Positions 11,940 through 24,745 of a stretch of DNA of 64,000 bases are shown here, in pieces. Under the pieces are notes generated by a model. It did no database searches. It saw only the letters and a program-made list of their open reading frames with translations, and had not been told where the DNA came from. The translations under genes were made by a program, and so were the position numbers. The first letter of the stretch is position 1; each line of letters opens with the position of its first letter. This DNA comes from Isurus oxyrinchus (Eukaryota): positions 806,001 to 870,000 of the forward strand of contig JANJGN010000210.1 in the NCBI GenBank assembly GCA_026770705.1. The letters are read 5' to 3'.

Positions 11940-12529
11940 TGTGAACATACGAATTAGGAGCAGGACTGGGCCACTCGGCCCTTCAAGCCTTTTCCACCAT
12001 TTTATAAGATCATGGCTAACCTTTCAGCCCCTTGTTATATCTACCTATCTCTGCCTTAAAAAGATTCAAAGACTCTGCTTCCACTGCCTTTTGAAGGAGA
12101 GAGTTACAAATACTCACGATGCTCTGAGAGAAAAATAATTCTCTCATCTCTGTCTTAAATGAGTGAACTCCTATTTTTAAACAGTGACACCTAGTTCCAG
12201 ATTCTCCCACAAGAGGAAAGATCCTCTTCACACCCACCCTGTCAAAACTCCTCAGGATCTGAAAGATTCCGATCAAGTCGCCTCTTAGTTTTCTAAATTC
12301 CAGCGGATACAGGCCTAGCCTGTCCACCCTTTCCTCATAAGACAGCCCGCCTATCTGTGATATTAGTCCAGTAAGCCTTCCCTGAATGACTTCTAACGCA
12401 TTTACATCTTTCCTTAAATAAGGAGGCCAACACTTTCCACAGCACTCCAGATATGGTCACACCGGTGTCCTGTACAACTGAACCATAACCTTCTTACTTC
12501 AATTCCCCTCACAGTGAATGATAACGTTC
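11940..12529 (-). mobile_element. CR1-type LINE fragment, interrupted by a Penelope-like insertion
   Basis: DRLGLYPLEFRKLRGDLI...RIFPLVGESGTR...EMRELFFSQ. Confidence 0.85.
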
Positions 12530-12557
12530 AATCCTAATTACTGAATCCTAATTACTG

Positions 12558-13432
12558 AAGCAGCATTTCACTTGCATTTCCCCCAACTTAGTCTACTGCA
12601 TTCGTTGCTCCCAATGTGGTCTCCTCTACATTGGAGAGACCAAACGTAAACTGGGCGACCACTTTGCAGAACACCTGCGGTCTGTCCGCAAGAATGACCC
12701 AAACCTCCCTGTCGCTTGCCATTTTAACACTCCACCCTGCTCTCTTGCCCACATGTCTGTCCTTGGCTTGCTGCATTGTTCCAGTGAAGCCCCATGCAAA
12801 CTGGAGGAACAACACCTCATCTTCCGACTAGGCACCTTACAGCCTTCCGGACTGAATATTGAATTCAACAACTTTAGGTCGTGAGCTCCCTCCCCCATCC
12901 CCACCCCCTTTCTGTTTCCCCCTTTTTTTCCCAATAAATTATATAGATTTTTCTTTTCCCACTTATTTCCATTATTTTTAAATATTTTAAAATCTTTTAT
13001 GCTCCCTCCACCCCCACTAGAGCTGTACCTTGAGTGCCCTACCATCCATTCTTAATTAGCACATTCGTTTAGATAATATCACCAACTTTAACTTTAACAC
13101 CTATGTGTTCTATTGTACCACTGTCGCTGACATCTTTTGATGATCTGCTTCTATCACTGCTTGTTTGTCCACACAACCACACCACCCCCCCCCCCCCACC
13201 TCTCTCTCTCTCTATCTCTCCGCTGCCACACACACACCTTAAACCAGCTTATATTTCAACTCTTTCTTGGACTCGAAATCAAGTTCTGTCGAAGGGTCAT
13301 GAGGACTCGAAACGTCAACTCTTTTCTTCTCCGCCGTTGCTGCCAGACCTGCTGAGTTTTTCCAGGTAATTCTGTTTTTGTTTTGGATTTCCAGCATCTG
13401 CAGTTTTTTTGTTTTTATATTTTTTTTGTTTT
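12558..13432 (+). mobile_element. 5'-truncated Penelope-like retroelement with target-site duplication
   Basis: Translates HFTCISPNLVYCIRCSQCGLLYIGETKRKLGDHFAEHLRSV (GIY-YIG-type VY...YIG); flanked by AATCCTAATTACT at 12544-12556 and 13433-13445. Confidence 0.85.
13282..13320 (+). ncRNA. Minimal type I hammerhead ribozyme-like motif in the Penelope terminal repeat
   Basis: AGTT-CTGTCGA-A-GGGTC atgag GACTC-GAAAC-GTC-AACT: helix I AGTT/AACT, helix II GGGTC/GACTC, near-consensus CUGANGA/GAAA core, palindromic ACGT helix III. Confidence 0.6.
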
Positions 13433-14356
13433 AATCCTAATTACTTGTTGTGCCTAAATAGTTCCGCTTTTTTATCAATTTCTTTCAGACCTCCTGAATA
13501 GCTTTGCACATCTGGAAACTATTCTCTCATGTTTCAGCCCTGTTACCCTGACGTGTCTAAATCTCTTCACAGCCGATTTACTCCTCTGTATCCTCCTCAC
13601 AGCTTACATTTCCACCATTTACATCAGCTAAGTTTTGTCTACATGCGCCAGCAAGTGTCGAACTCAGCACCTGGTTTGGTAAGTCCACTGTTTTAACCAC
13701 TGGGTTGCCCCAAGGAGGTAAATGTCCTCTTGCAACTTTTAAAACTACTATTATTCTCTGTACCACTTACCATGAAGATACATAACTAAAGTGAGTAAAG
13801 TTTACAATGGTAAAAATGCGTTTACCCCCCTCAGGGAACTAAATCATATTGACACATGCAGATGAACATACACAGACATGGACACCGATAGTGACAGCTG
13901 CCTAAGGAAAGAAAGATATCCAGAAAGCAAGGATGTCACCAGACTGGCTCCGTTTTTGTTCCATTTCCAACTGCAAATTTGGTGAATGCCTGCGGATGAA
14001 CGGAAATGAAAAATACTGGGAAGCGTTTGAAATTTTTTTTAATAGATAATTAATTCTGTGACTCATTCTTAAAGCAGGAACAATGAGAAATGTAAACTAC
14101 TAAATGTAGTTTGCAGGTTCAATATGCAGGATTTGAAACTGTATCAGGAAACATAAAATGGTTTCAAGCCCATTACATAAGCAACTCAGCTCCGTCCATT
14201 GCTGCCATCTACCTTTTAATGCGACAAAGTGGTTACAGCTGAGAATGAAGACATGTAGCCCCATCTATTCCTGGCTGCCCTGCAATTTCTGCTGTCTCTC
14301 CTCGATTTTTCCTCCAGAATGGAGCACTGCACACTGAACGTGCACAGGAACACACA

Positions 14357-14722
14357 TGTGATTGAGGTGTATAAAATTATATGGGGCATAGGTAGGGTAG
14401 ACAGGAAGGAACTTTTCCCCTTAGTGGAGGGATCAATAACCAGGGGGCGTAGATTTAAGATAAGGGATGGAAGGTTTAGAGGTGATGTTTTCACCCAGAG
14501 GGTCGTGGGAATCTGGAACTCACTGTCTGAAAGGGTGGTAGAGGCAGAAACCCTCATAACATTAAAGAAGCATTTGGATGTACACTTGCGACGCCATGGT
14601 ATACAAGGCAATGGGCCTAGTGCTGGAAAATGGGTTTAGAATAGTTAGGCACTTGTTTGACGGGCGCAGACTCGATGGGCCGAAGGGCCTTTTTCTGTGC
14701 TATGGGCCCCAATGACTCTATA
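14357..14722 (+). mobile_element. CR1-type LINE 3' end
   Basis: IEVYKII...VDRKELFPLVEGSITRG...FTQRVVGIWNSL, followed by a typical 3' UTR. Confidence 0.85.
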
Positions 14723-14771
14723 ACTGAAGGGTTTGGCAAAATTGATTGAAAATATGAACCGTCTGAAGCTC

Positions 14772-14853
14772 TGACAATGGAGGGATTTGAACCCACGCTT
14801 CCACAAAAACTGGAACCTAACTCCAGCATCTTGGACCACTCGGCAACGCAACC
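14772..14853 (-). pseudogene. tRNA-Leu(TAG)-derived pseudogene
   Basis: Reverse complement GGTTGCGTTGCCGAGTGGTCCAAGATGCTGGAGTTAGGTTCCAGTTTTTGTGGAAGCGTGGGTTCAAATCCCTCCATTGTCA, 82 nt. Anticodon stem CTGGA/TCCAG; acceptor stem mispaired. Confidence 0.8.
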
Positions 14854-16627
14854 ACTATAGTGGCAAAAATTGTCCTTGCCATGACTGAAATTTTCAATCA
14901 CTCTCCATGTTATAACATTCAGTAACTGAACAGTCTCCACTGAAAAAACATACAGAAAGAAACATTCTCCTCTTGCATCTTTCCAACCTACTTTTTCTTT
15001 CTGAGCCTTTTTAATGTGAAGCTACACAACTAATGTGAGTGAAGTTTGCGATGGTAAAAATGGGTCCATCCCCTCGTGGAACCGAACCGCTTTGATACAT
15101 TCCTGATCTGAACCACTCGCTGTGCAACATAGAAGCACCTTTAAAACTGTAACTATTATTTTCAGTTTCCTCTCCTCTCCGACCAAAATGAATCACTTCA
15201 CACTTCCAGACATTAAATTTCAGCTGCCACTTGTCCATCCAAATGGATTTGTTGAAGGGGCAGAAAGGAGAACCGACTCAAACTGGGAATGAAAGAGTGA
15301 GAATGAAAGAAGAGACGTGACGGGTGTTGTCGATCCCAGGGGAAAGAGACTCTGTTCATTGTGACAGTTCACACAGCAACAAGGAAACAACATTCCCTGA
15401 TGAGGGCCAACTGCGAGCGGCAGGAGCGGGAGTGCCGAATAACAGCCTATTTAGTTAAAACATAGAAGACTTCTTCAGCCAATAACAGCATCGAGTGTGT
15501 TCGACATGAACATGAAGTGAAAAGTGAGGGGAAATAGTGCCACAAGCTGCGGATGTACAACGTTCAATTTCCAAATCCACCAACAGAATCAATGCGGCTC
15601 CTCTGAAACTTTCAAGGCAAATATTGATCCTTTATCAGATGCCGTTCCCAGAACTATACACAGTCCTCCACGTGTGACCTAACCAGGGCTTTGTATAGCT
15701 GCAGCAAATCTTTCCCTCTTTTCTATAACAGTCTCTGTAACAGTTTGTACAGCAAGACAAATTAGATTGTATAAGGCGACTGAGAAAAATGAGGACATGC
15801 TTGATCTGAATCAATCTCTTTGGAAAGTTTGGTATGAAATCAGCTGCATAAATATATTTATGGTTCAAAAAATATATCGGAATCTAAAGTCCAACTCCTG
15901 ATGTCATTTGTTCAGGGAAACTTTGTTAATGATCACACAGTATGCTGGGCACTGCAGAAACTCCTGCACCTCTTTAATATTGTTCCATAACTTTCATAAG
16001 CTCCATGAAATCTCTGTTTAACCTCCTTTGTTCTAAAGAGAACAATCGCGGCCTCAATAATCTCTCCACAAAGCTGAATTTCGTCATCTATAGACATGAT
16101 ACAAGGTGGAAAATTGCAATGAGATTTTAGAAAATATTGCCAGCTGGCAGTTGGGAAGATGGAAAAGGAACCAAAGCAGAAAGCCCAGTCTCCAACTTTG
16201 CGAATCTTTCCAAATTCTTTGGGAACCAGGATCAGAGGAGAACGAAGGGTGAACTGTCTGACTGACCGTTCAAGGTACCATTCCCTTCTTTAAGGTACTG
16301 GAACATTGACTCTGATGTTATCATTGAAATTAACTGATCTGAGACATGGAAAGGATTCTCCTCACTGCGCATCAGCAATTCAAGCCGAATATTGGTTTCG
16401 GGACAATCAGAACACTTGGTGACAGACAAGGCACCAAAAGGATCGAAGGGAGACTGTAGGAGAGCTGGTTCCAGGTGACACGGATGTGTCTGCAGTGGGT
16501 GGGATCAGACTGTTTCCATGTATCTAAATCAATGCCTTACATTTTATTTTGGAAAAGTAAAACTCGTAGAGAACAATGATCATTCTGATAGTGGCAATCT
16601 GAAGCTTTAAGTACATATCTTGCGACT

Positions 16628-16701
16628 TTTTCTGTGGTGCAATTGGTCAGCGTGTTCGGCTGTTAACTGGAAGGTTGGTAGTTCGAGACCACCCGGAGAC
16701 G
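16628..16701 (+). pseudogene. tRNA-Asn(GTT)-derived copy, probably a pseudogene
   Basis: TTTTCTGTGGTGCAATTGGTCAGCGTGTTCGGCTGTTAACTGGAAGGTTGGTAGTTCGAGACCACCCGGAGACG, 74 nt, colinear with vertebrate tRNA-Asn but with several stem substitutions. Confidence 0.8.
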
Positions 16702-17589
16702 AAGCTTTCACTGTTTATCAGCCCATCACATTCATCACCCCACAGCTCTGGGTTGTTAAGGTGCATATTGTTTTCAAGCAAATAATCCACATTTCTGTTA
16801 TTCAGTGACCCACACAAACGGTTGCTTTCTTATGAATATTTCAAATGTAAAGAGAAAATTATTAGGCCCACCATGTACCAATATCTAACTCATTGGAAAG
16901 ATATGAAGTTATATGATTCAAACAAACCCATCAGTGATTCTCTCTTCCTCAGCTCCACAGTGAGTGGGACAGGGAAGAGCGGAGAAGCGGCAATATTCCG
17001 GCCCCACACTCTCCAATCACCCGCTGCCAGCAGAAAGCAGCGACAGCAGCTTCAATCAGCAGATTACTGTCCATCCCTGGGATGCAAGATACTCCAACAC
17101 GGGCTAAACCTCCCAAAACACCGAGCACAGGCTCAGGCAAACACAGGTAGATTATATCCCGGCCACTAAACCTCCGAGCAGCATTAACAGAATTCCCGAG
17201 AGACGGAGTCACAAATAAAAACGACGACAACTTTGTAAATCTTTTCACTGTGAAATTCTATCTTTTTATTTAAAAACTGACAGTTGTGAATCTGAAAATG
17301 AGCACCATGGGATTTGTGTTACTGACTGACTTGTTTTCCATTGTTTGTCCGACAGGTTTGCAACTCAATTTGTGTTGGAGATTGAAGCGAATCTGATTTC
17401 AAAATGTGGTTATAAAACAGATAAACATTAAATCCAGGAACAAATCCTGAGGAAAATGGATCACAATGTTTGGAAGTAGGTGCAGCTGAGAAGCAGACGC
17501 TGTGAATGATGTAATTGATGATTGATGGGAAAGCATTGGACCCTTGGGCTTCAGGTGGTCAATTTCCTTCTCTCCCATTGCATTCAGAC

Positions 17590-17925
17590 TGTTAACTCGC
17601 TGTGATGTTTTCCCTTACCACATTCGGAGCAGGTTAATGGCCTCTCCACAGTGTGAACTTGCTGGTGTCTCAGCCGATAGATGTATGAGTGAATCCCTTC
17701 CCACACATGGAGCAGGTTAATAACTTCCCATCAGTGTGACTGCATTAGTGAATTTCCAGCTAAGATGGGTGACTCAATCCTTCCTCACATTCCCCACATT
17801 TTACAGATTCTCATCAGTGTAACCATGCTTGTATTTCAACAGACAGATGATGCATTGAATCCTCGTCCACACACAGGACACGTGTACAGTTTCTCCCCAC
17901 TGTGAACGGTGCTTTTTCCTTCCAT
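17590..17925 (-). pseudogene. C2H2 zinc-finger pseudogene (truncated, frameshifted)
   Basis: ATG at 17925: [23 protein letters not shown]..., later [15 protein letters not shown]. Upstream acceptor/UTR region is homologous to that of the ZNF at 27.9 kb. Confidence 0.85.
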
Positions 17926-18549
17926 GTTCAAACTCTGATGATATTCAGGCTACGATAAACTGGGCGACTCAGCCAGATCCTAGTGTGATGTTGGTTTGAG
18001 TTTCCTGACTGCAAATCTTCCCCTCCTAATACCCTGTGAAAATGATTTAAAGCAGAAAAACGGGAGAGAGGGAGAACCCACAAAAACACAAAGGCAGGTT
18101 GTGAAATTGAACTGAAAATTTGGAAATTTGTGGGACAGACACTAGGGCAAAATGACATTCAAAGCTGTTGGATTGTCAAAACAATTCAACTGGTTGACTA
18201 ATGTTCATCAGAGAAGGGAACCTTACACTCAGTCTGGGCCTACACAAGACCTCTATAGGAGGAGAGAGGCGGAGACAAAGAGGGAGATAGAGAGAGAAAA
18301 TGAGGGAGAAATGCAAAAGGAGAGATAGAGAGTGACATAAGAGGGTAAGGTTCAGAGGGAGAGAGAGATAGAGAGAGAGAGAGGTGAGAGTGGCAGGGGT
18401 GAAAGAGAGGGATTTCATATCAGCTCGACCAGAACTTTAACAGAACGTCTCGAACCCTGAATCTACACCATCTAGAAGGAGCAAGGTAACAGGTGTACGC
18501 AAACGCACACACCATCCTGACTTGTCTGGCATCTAGTGCTGCATGAACA

Positions 18550-19480
18550 GAAATGTCCTCCAATTAAATATTGGAAAAATTAAAGCCATTGGCTTTAGCC
18601 CCTCCCACCGACCCCCCCCCCCCCCCCCCACCTCCCCACAACCACCACCACCACCACCCCCGACCCCCCCCCCCCACCCCCCCACACCCCGGCCCATTAC
18701 AAACGTCACTCCTTAGCCAATGGCTCCTTTCCTCTCCCCAGCAATTGTCTGAGGCTGAACCAGATTCTTCTAAAACTTGATGTCATGCTTCAAACATATC
18801 TGCATCATCACAAAGACTGCCGATTCCCACCTCAGTAACATCACCAAACCCTGTCCTAGTCTCAGCTCACCCAATTCTGAAACTCTCATCCATTCCTTTA
18901 TTATCTCTAGACTTAACTACCCTAATGCACCCCAGGCCAGCCTCCCACATTCACCTCCCCAGTAAACTTGAGGTGATGCAACACTCTGCTACCCATGTGT
19001 TTGTTTGCAATAAGTCTTGCTCTCTCATCACCTCTGTGCCCGCTGACCTAAAAAGGCTCACGTTTAAGAAGCACCAATTTTTTAAAATTCTCATCCTTGT
19101 TTTCCAATCCCTCTGGGGCTGCAATCACCCCTTTCTCTGCGATCTCCTCCAGGCCAACAACCCTTCAGGATCTCTGCACTGATCTAATCCTGATCTCTTG
19201 ACCATTCTCAATTAATCACTCCACCACTGGTTGCCATTTTTTAAGTTTCCGACACCCCAAGCTCTGAAATTTCCTCCCTAAACCTCCGCACATCTCTATT
19301 CACTTTCATCTATTAAGATACTCCTTAGCCTTACTCTTTCACAAAGCTTTTGGTCACCTGCCCTAATGTCTCCTTTTGTGGCTCGGTGTCAAATGTTGCT
19401 TTGTAATATTTCTACAAAATGCTTTGGAACATTCAGTTACATGAAAGATGCTATATGAATACAAATTATTGTTAGTTTGG
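18550..19480 (+). mobile_element. L2-type LINE fragment
   Basis: ITKTADSHLSNI...SETLIHSFIISRLNYPNA resembles the L2 RT C-terminus; related copies at 22.2-22.8, 26.9-27.4 and 29.0-30.2 kb. Confidence 0.65.
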
Positions 19481-20264
19481 ATATATATTACTGTTCCTTC
19501 ATCGCCACAGGGTGAAAGGTTCTGTAACTCCCTATCTAACAACATTGTGGGAGCACCTTCACACGGGTTGCAGAGGTTCAAGAAGGTCAAACATCATCTT
19601 CCCCACAGGTAAATGGGGATGGGCAATATCTGCAGCTGGCCTTGTTAGTGACACTGAAATCTCAAGGATTGCCTGTGTCGGATGGGGCGGTCCTTCCTTT
19701 AAACTCCATCTGAGAGGAAAGTGACTGCTCCCGAGAGCTGGATGAGAGGAGGCAGCTCAGAGTCAGATGCTGAACACACTGCAGCCCACATGGACATTAC
19801 AAACTGCCCCCTTTCTTGGGTACTCATTGCTGGAGGCGTAGCAACCAGCACATAGGAACAGAAGCAGGCCATTCAGCCCCTCAAACCTGCTCCACCATTC
19901 TATTCGCTAAGCTCCCTTTTCCCATCTTTGTCAAATTACTTTTATATCTTTGCTTAACAAAATTCAATCTATTCATGTCTTGAAAAATTCAACTGACCAC
20001 CAGCATTCACAGCTTTTTGGGGAGGTTGGTCCTGGTTCCCACAACTCTTGTCTGAACACGTTGTTCCTGATTTCACTCCAGGTTCTACTGTTTTGATTCT
20101 GCCCCCTTGTTCTCGATTCCCCAGCAGAGCAAATGTTTTCCCTGAATCTACCCTCACAAACACATTGATCATTTTAAAAAACAGCATATCACCCCTGAAA
20201 CTTCAATATTTCATGAAATATAAAGCAATTTTCTGCAGCCTGTTCACCTTGAAGTGCAGCAGCA

Positions 20265-20550
20265 TTGACTTTAATGACTTGGAGGAGCTTTCTACCAACT
20301 GTTCAGAATGGCGACAACTTATCCATCAAGCTGCATCACACTTTGAGTCACAGTGTCTTCATGATGAGGCACAGCAGCAGAGAAGTGGAATCAAATGCTG
20401 TCCAGATCCCAATACTTCATGGATGTCCTGCCCCATGAGTCCAAATATCTGCAGGTCAAGAATCAGTCTGTTCATTTGCAAGAAGACCCATGGCAGAAAC
20501 TCACCACCCTGAGTAGACATCATCCTTGAATCGAGAGGCTGCTGACAAAG
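20265..20550 (+). mobile_element. RTE-type LINE 3' end relic (second copy at about 26420-26710)
   Basis: SEWRQLIHQAASHFE...CPMSPNICRSRISLF...KTH-stop resembles an RTE C-terminus; two homologous copies are visible. Confidence 0.5.
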
Positions 20551-21559
20551 TATTAAACAACAACTAACACAGGCACTTGAGCACTGAGAGAATACACATA
20601 GATGGACAGGTTGTTTAACAGAATTCTGACCACAGAAAGTTCATTCCAGTGAAGCCAGACTGAACATGAAGATAAGGCAGAGATAGAGGCAGATATGATA
20701 GCCCAAGATTAAACATAATGCAAACTGAATTAGAATCACCATTGGAGCAGCTTTATTAGATTCACAATAACTAAGCATAATAAACAGAGGCCTTTCACTG
20801 TAGGATAATGAAAATACTGGACAAAGATAGGAATAGTTTCATTCTGAGGGTTTGAGGAGAGGCTTGGTAGAGGATAGACAAATGGTGTGGCTTCTGCAGC
20901 TACTGCAGTTCTGCACTCTCACAAGGAAGGGGGTGTTTAGATTATGTAAGTGTCACCATTAAGCTGCAAACATAAAATCAAGGCTTTATTTAAGCAATGA
21001 AATGGATATAGAAATGAAGAGGCCCTGTCAGTTCAATGGAACTTGAGGGATTTAGGGTTATTAATAAAAATGAAACATTCTCGCCTCTGAGCCAGAAACT
21101 CCTCTGCAGACAGTGCTGGAGAGTGAAGACGGCTCTCCAGCTCATTCTGAATTGACATCAGGCAGGATAGGTGTATCCGGCGGGCCTGGCTGTTCTCTCC
21201 CATTGGGTGAGCTGATCAAACTCTCTCGGCTAATGCCGGAACAACAAACCGGCTGGAATTAAATGGTTCCAAACACGGAAGGGGGGTTAACAGCCTGCAA
21301 ATTCTTCCACTAATTCACACTGTTCTCCAAGGGATGAATTCAAAGAGAAACAATCACTACGCCCTGTCATTTCCCGAAATAATTCCTGCTGCCTGTCCTG
21401 ACTGAATCCATTTCAGCAACAAATGTTGATATGTTTGCTCCACACCCACAGGTGTGGACAGTTTCATCTGTTTAAAGCCACAAACAGAAAGGTCCAGTTT
21501 TCTCCTGGAGTTTGAGACAAATCAGCTTTCAAAATGATGCCGTTTCTGGCAATGAGGGA

Positions 21560-21920
21560 GATCCGGACTCAGCCCCGCCCCTCATTCACTCCAATTGCTT
21601 GGAGGACCAGTCACTTTCGCTTGGTCCTCTAGTCCAGCCCCGTCTTCCTATTGGTCCTGAGTTGCCGTCAATCAGTCTCCGGGCATTGTGATTTGAGCAT
21701 GCGCACGCCATGGCGACGGACGGTAAGAGAGCTCGAGCGAGCGGGTTTAAAATGGAGGGTTTACAAAGACCGAATGCGGATCCAGAGCCCAAAATAAAAC
21801 CTGCAACATTTTCTACTTAAGACGCGACTAGAAACCGTAAACATTATCCCTGACTTCCCGGTTTCTCCCGCTCAGGTCTGACTTTGGAGTGAGTCCGGCG
21901 AGGCCCCAGCGCATGTGCAA
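21560..21920. promoter_or_regulatory. CpG-rich housekeeping-type promoter module
   Basis: GC box CCCCGCCC, CCAAT and ATTGG boxes, NRF1-like GCATGCGCA, YY1-like CATGGCG and AAAATGG; CpG visibly enriched over flanks. Confidence 0.55.
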
Positions 21921-22774
21921 TGTCAGCTCATTCAGGAAGCGTCTGTAAATGGAGAGAAAGTGGTAAAAGTTAGGGAGCGTCTCTAAAAATGGTGATTGTC
22001 AGGAAATGTCTGCAAATGAAGGAAATAATGACTGAGCATGGAGTGCTTAAAAAGCAAGAGAACGTGCTGATGAACAGAGAATGTCTGTAAAGAATCATTG
22101 AGTCATAGAATTGTATAACACGGTTACCAGAGAAGAAGATGATGCTTGACCTTGAACCTTTGCAGTCTGTGTGGTGAAACTGCTCCCACATTTCTGTGAG
22201 ATAAGGAGTTATACGAATTTCACTCAGTGATGATGAAGGAATGGTGACATGTCCAAATCAACAACAACAATGTGAGTTTATATGGCGCCTTTCTTGTAAT
22301 GGAAAACTCCAAAGTGTTTCACAGGAGTTTTATGAAGGAACTTTTGCCACTGAGCCCACAAAAGGAGATGTTTGGCTAGATGACCAAAAGTTTGGTCAGA
22401 GATAGGTTTTAAGAATTATCTTGGAGGGTATGAGGCTGGAGAAAATCACAGAGATAGGAAGGAGTGATATCCTGAAGAGATTTGAGAGCAAAAATGATAA
22501 ATTTAAAATTTAAGTGCTTCTTAGTCTGGAAACGTACCTCAGCGAGCATGATGGTGATGAGTGAACAAGACTTGGTGGAGTAAGCACACGAGCAGCAGAG
22601 TTTTGAATGACCTCAAGATCACAGGGAGGTTTAATGTGGGAGGCCGGCTGGGATTGCATTAGGATAGTTAAGTCTATAGGTAACAAATGAATAGATAAGA
22701 ATTTCAATTGCAGAGCAACTGAGACTAGGATGGAGTTGGATGATACTGAGGTGGAAATGGGCAGTCTTGGTGAT

Positions 22775-23985
22775 GATAAAGGGGAGCCTGTAGACATACT
22801 GTACTTGGATTTCCAGAAGGCATTTGATAAGATGCCACATCAAAGGTTATCGCGACAAATAAAAGCTCATGGTGTAGGATGTAACATGTTAGTGTGGATA
22901 GAATATTGACTGGCTGGCAGAAAACAGAGAGTATGCATAAATTGGTCTTTGTCTTATTGGCAGAATGTAATGAGTGGAGTCCCACAGGATCCGTGCTGGC
23001 ACCTCAACTTTTTACAATTGATATCAATGACTTAGATGAGGGGAGAGAAGCCATTGTAGCTAAATTTGCAGATGACATGAAGATATGTAGAAATGTATGT
23101 TGTGAAGAGGACATAAGGAGGTTGCAGACGCATATAGATAGGCTGACTGATTGGGCAGAGATCTGGCAAATGGAGTTTAATGTTGGAAAATGTGAAGTTG
23201 TTCACTTTAGCAGGAAGAATAAAAAAATAGAGTGTTACTTAAATGGAGAATGACTGCAGAATTCCAAGGTGAAGAGGGATCTAGGTGTTCTAGTGCATGA
23301 GGCACAAAAAGTTAGTATGCAGGTATAGCAAGTAGTTAAGAAGGCTAAGGGAATACTTTTCTTTATTACGAGAGGAATTGAACATCAAAGCAAGGATGTT
23401 ATGCTTCAGTTATACAGGGCATTGGTGAGACCACATATCAAATACAGTGTGCAGTTTTTAGTCTCCTTATTCAAAAAAAGATGTAAATACATTGGAGGTG
23501 GTTCAAAGGAGGTTTACTAGATTGCTACCTGAATGAGCGGGTTGTCTTTTGAGGATAGGTTGGACAGGTTAGGCTTGTTTCCACTGGAGTTTAGAAAAGG
23601 GAGGGGTGACTTGATTGAAGTATATAAGATCCTGAATGGTCTTGACAAGGTGGATATGCAAAGGATGTTTCCTCTTGTGGGTGAGTCCAAAACTAGGGGC
23701 ATTGTTTTGAAATTAGGAGGCACCCTTTTAGGACAGAGGTGAGGAGAATTTTTTTCTCCGAGGACTCTGGAACTCCCTGCCTCAGAAGTCAGTGGTGGTG
23801 GAGTCATTAAATATTTTTAAGGCAGAGGTAGATAGATTCTTGTTAGGCACAGGAATCAAAGTTTATCGGGGGTAGATGGGAATGTGGAATTTGAAATGCA
23901 AGTAATCAGTCATGATTATATTGAATGGCGGCGTGGGCTCAAGGGGCTGAATGACCTAGTTATTTTCCTATTTTGCATGTTCGCA
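22775..23985 (+). mobile_element. CR1-type LINE RT fragment nested in an L2 fragment
   Basis: YLDFQKAFD, GSVLAPQLFTIDINDLDEG...KFADDMK...WQMEFNVGKCEV and DRLGLFPLEFR, with stops and frameshifts. Confidence 0.9.
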
Positions 23986-24138
23986 TGATGTGGATATGTG
24001 GTTTGAAGGTTAGTTTGGGGTGAAACATGACACCGATGTTGTGAACAGTCTGGTTCAGCCTCAGACAGTTGCTGGGGAGATGATGGAGTCAGTGGCTGTG
24101 GAGTGGAGAAGAGACTGAAGACAATGGTTTTAGTTATC

Positions 24139-24745
24139 GGGGAGACGTTGGCATAGTGGTATTGTCACTGGACAAGTAATTCAGAGATCAGGGTAATGCT
24201 TGAGGGACCCAGGTTCAAATCCCACCACAACATCAGGCTTTCACCAAGACACTTTACACAGCACCTTCCAAACCCACAGCCACAACTACCTAGGAGGACA
24301 AGGGCAGCAGATAGATGGGAACACCACCACCTGGAGGTTCCCCTCCAAGTAACTCACCATCCTGACTTGGAAATATATTGCTGTTTCTTCATTGTCACTG
24401 GGTCAAAATCCTGGAACTCCCTTCCTAACAGCACTGTGAGTGTACCTACACCACATGGACTGCAGCGGTTCAAGAAGGCAGCTCACCCCATCTTCTCAAG
24501 GACAACTAGGAATGGGGAATAAACACTGGCCCAGCCAGCGAAGCCCATGAGTGAATAAAAAAAACTTTACAAGACAAATGGTGGAATTTAATTTCAATGA
24601 AAAATCTAATGTTGGCAACAAAATCATTGTCGATAGTCGTAAAAACCCATCTAGTTCACTAATGTCCTTTAGGGGAGGAAATCTGCCAAACTTATCTGGT
24701 CTGGCCTATGTGTGACTCCAGACCCACAAGAATGTGATTGACTCT
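24139..24745 (+). mobile_element. tRNA-derived elasmobranch SINE (HE1-like) with an inserted LINE tail
   Basis: Head GGGGAGACGTTGGCATAGTGG (A box) ... GGTTCAAATCCC (B box); body homologous to repeats at 8.7-9.1, 26.1-26.4 and 45.8-46.0 kb. Confidence 0.6.

Noticed and set aside
16230-16440. Faint Gypsy integrase-like peptide (EHLVTDKAP)
   Set aside because: Too short and degraded to support a call by eye.
16950-17150. Possible exon bounded by ttcctcag and CAG|gtag
   Set aside because: No recognisable protein family and no partner exons identified.
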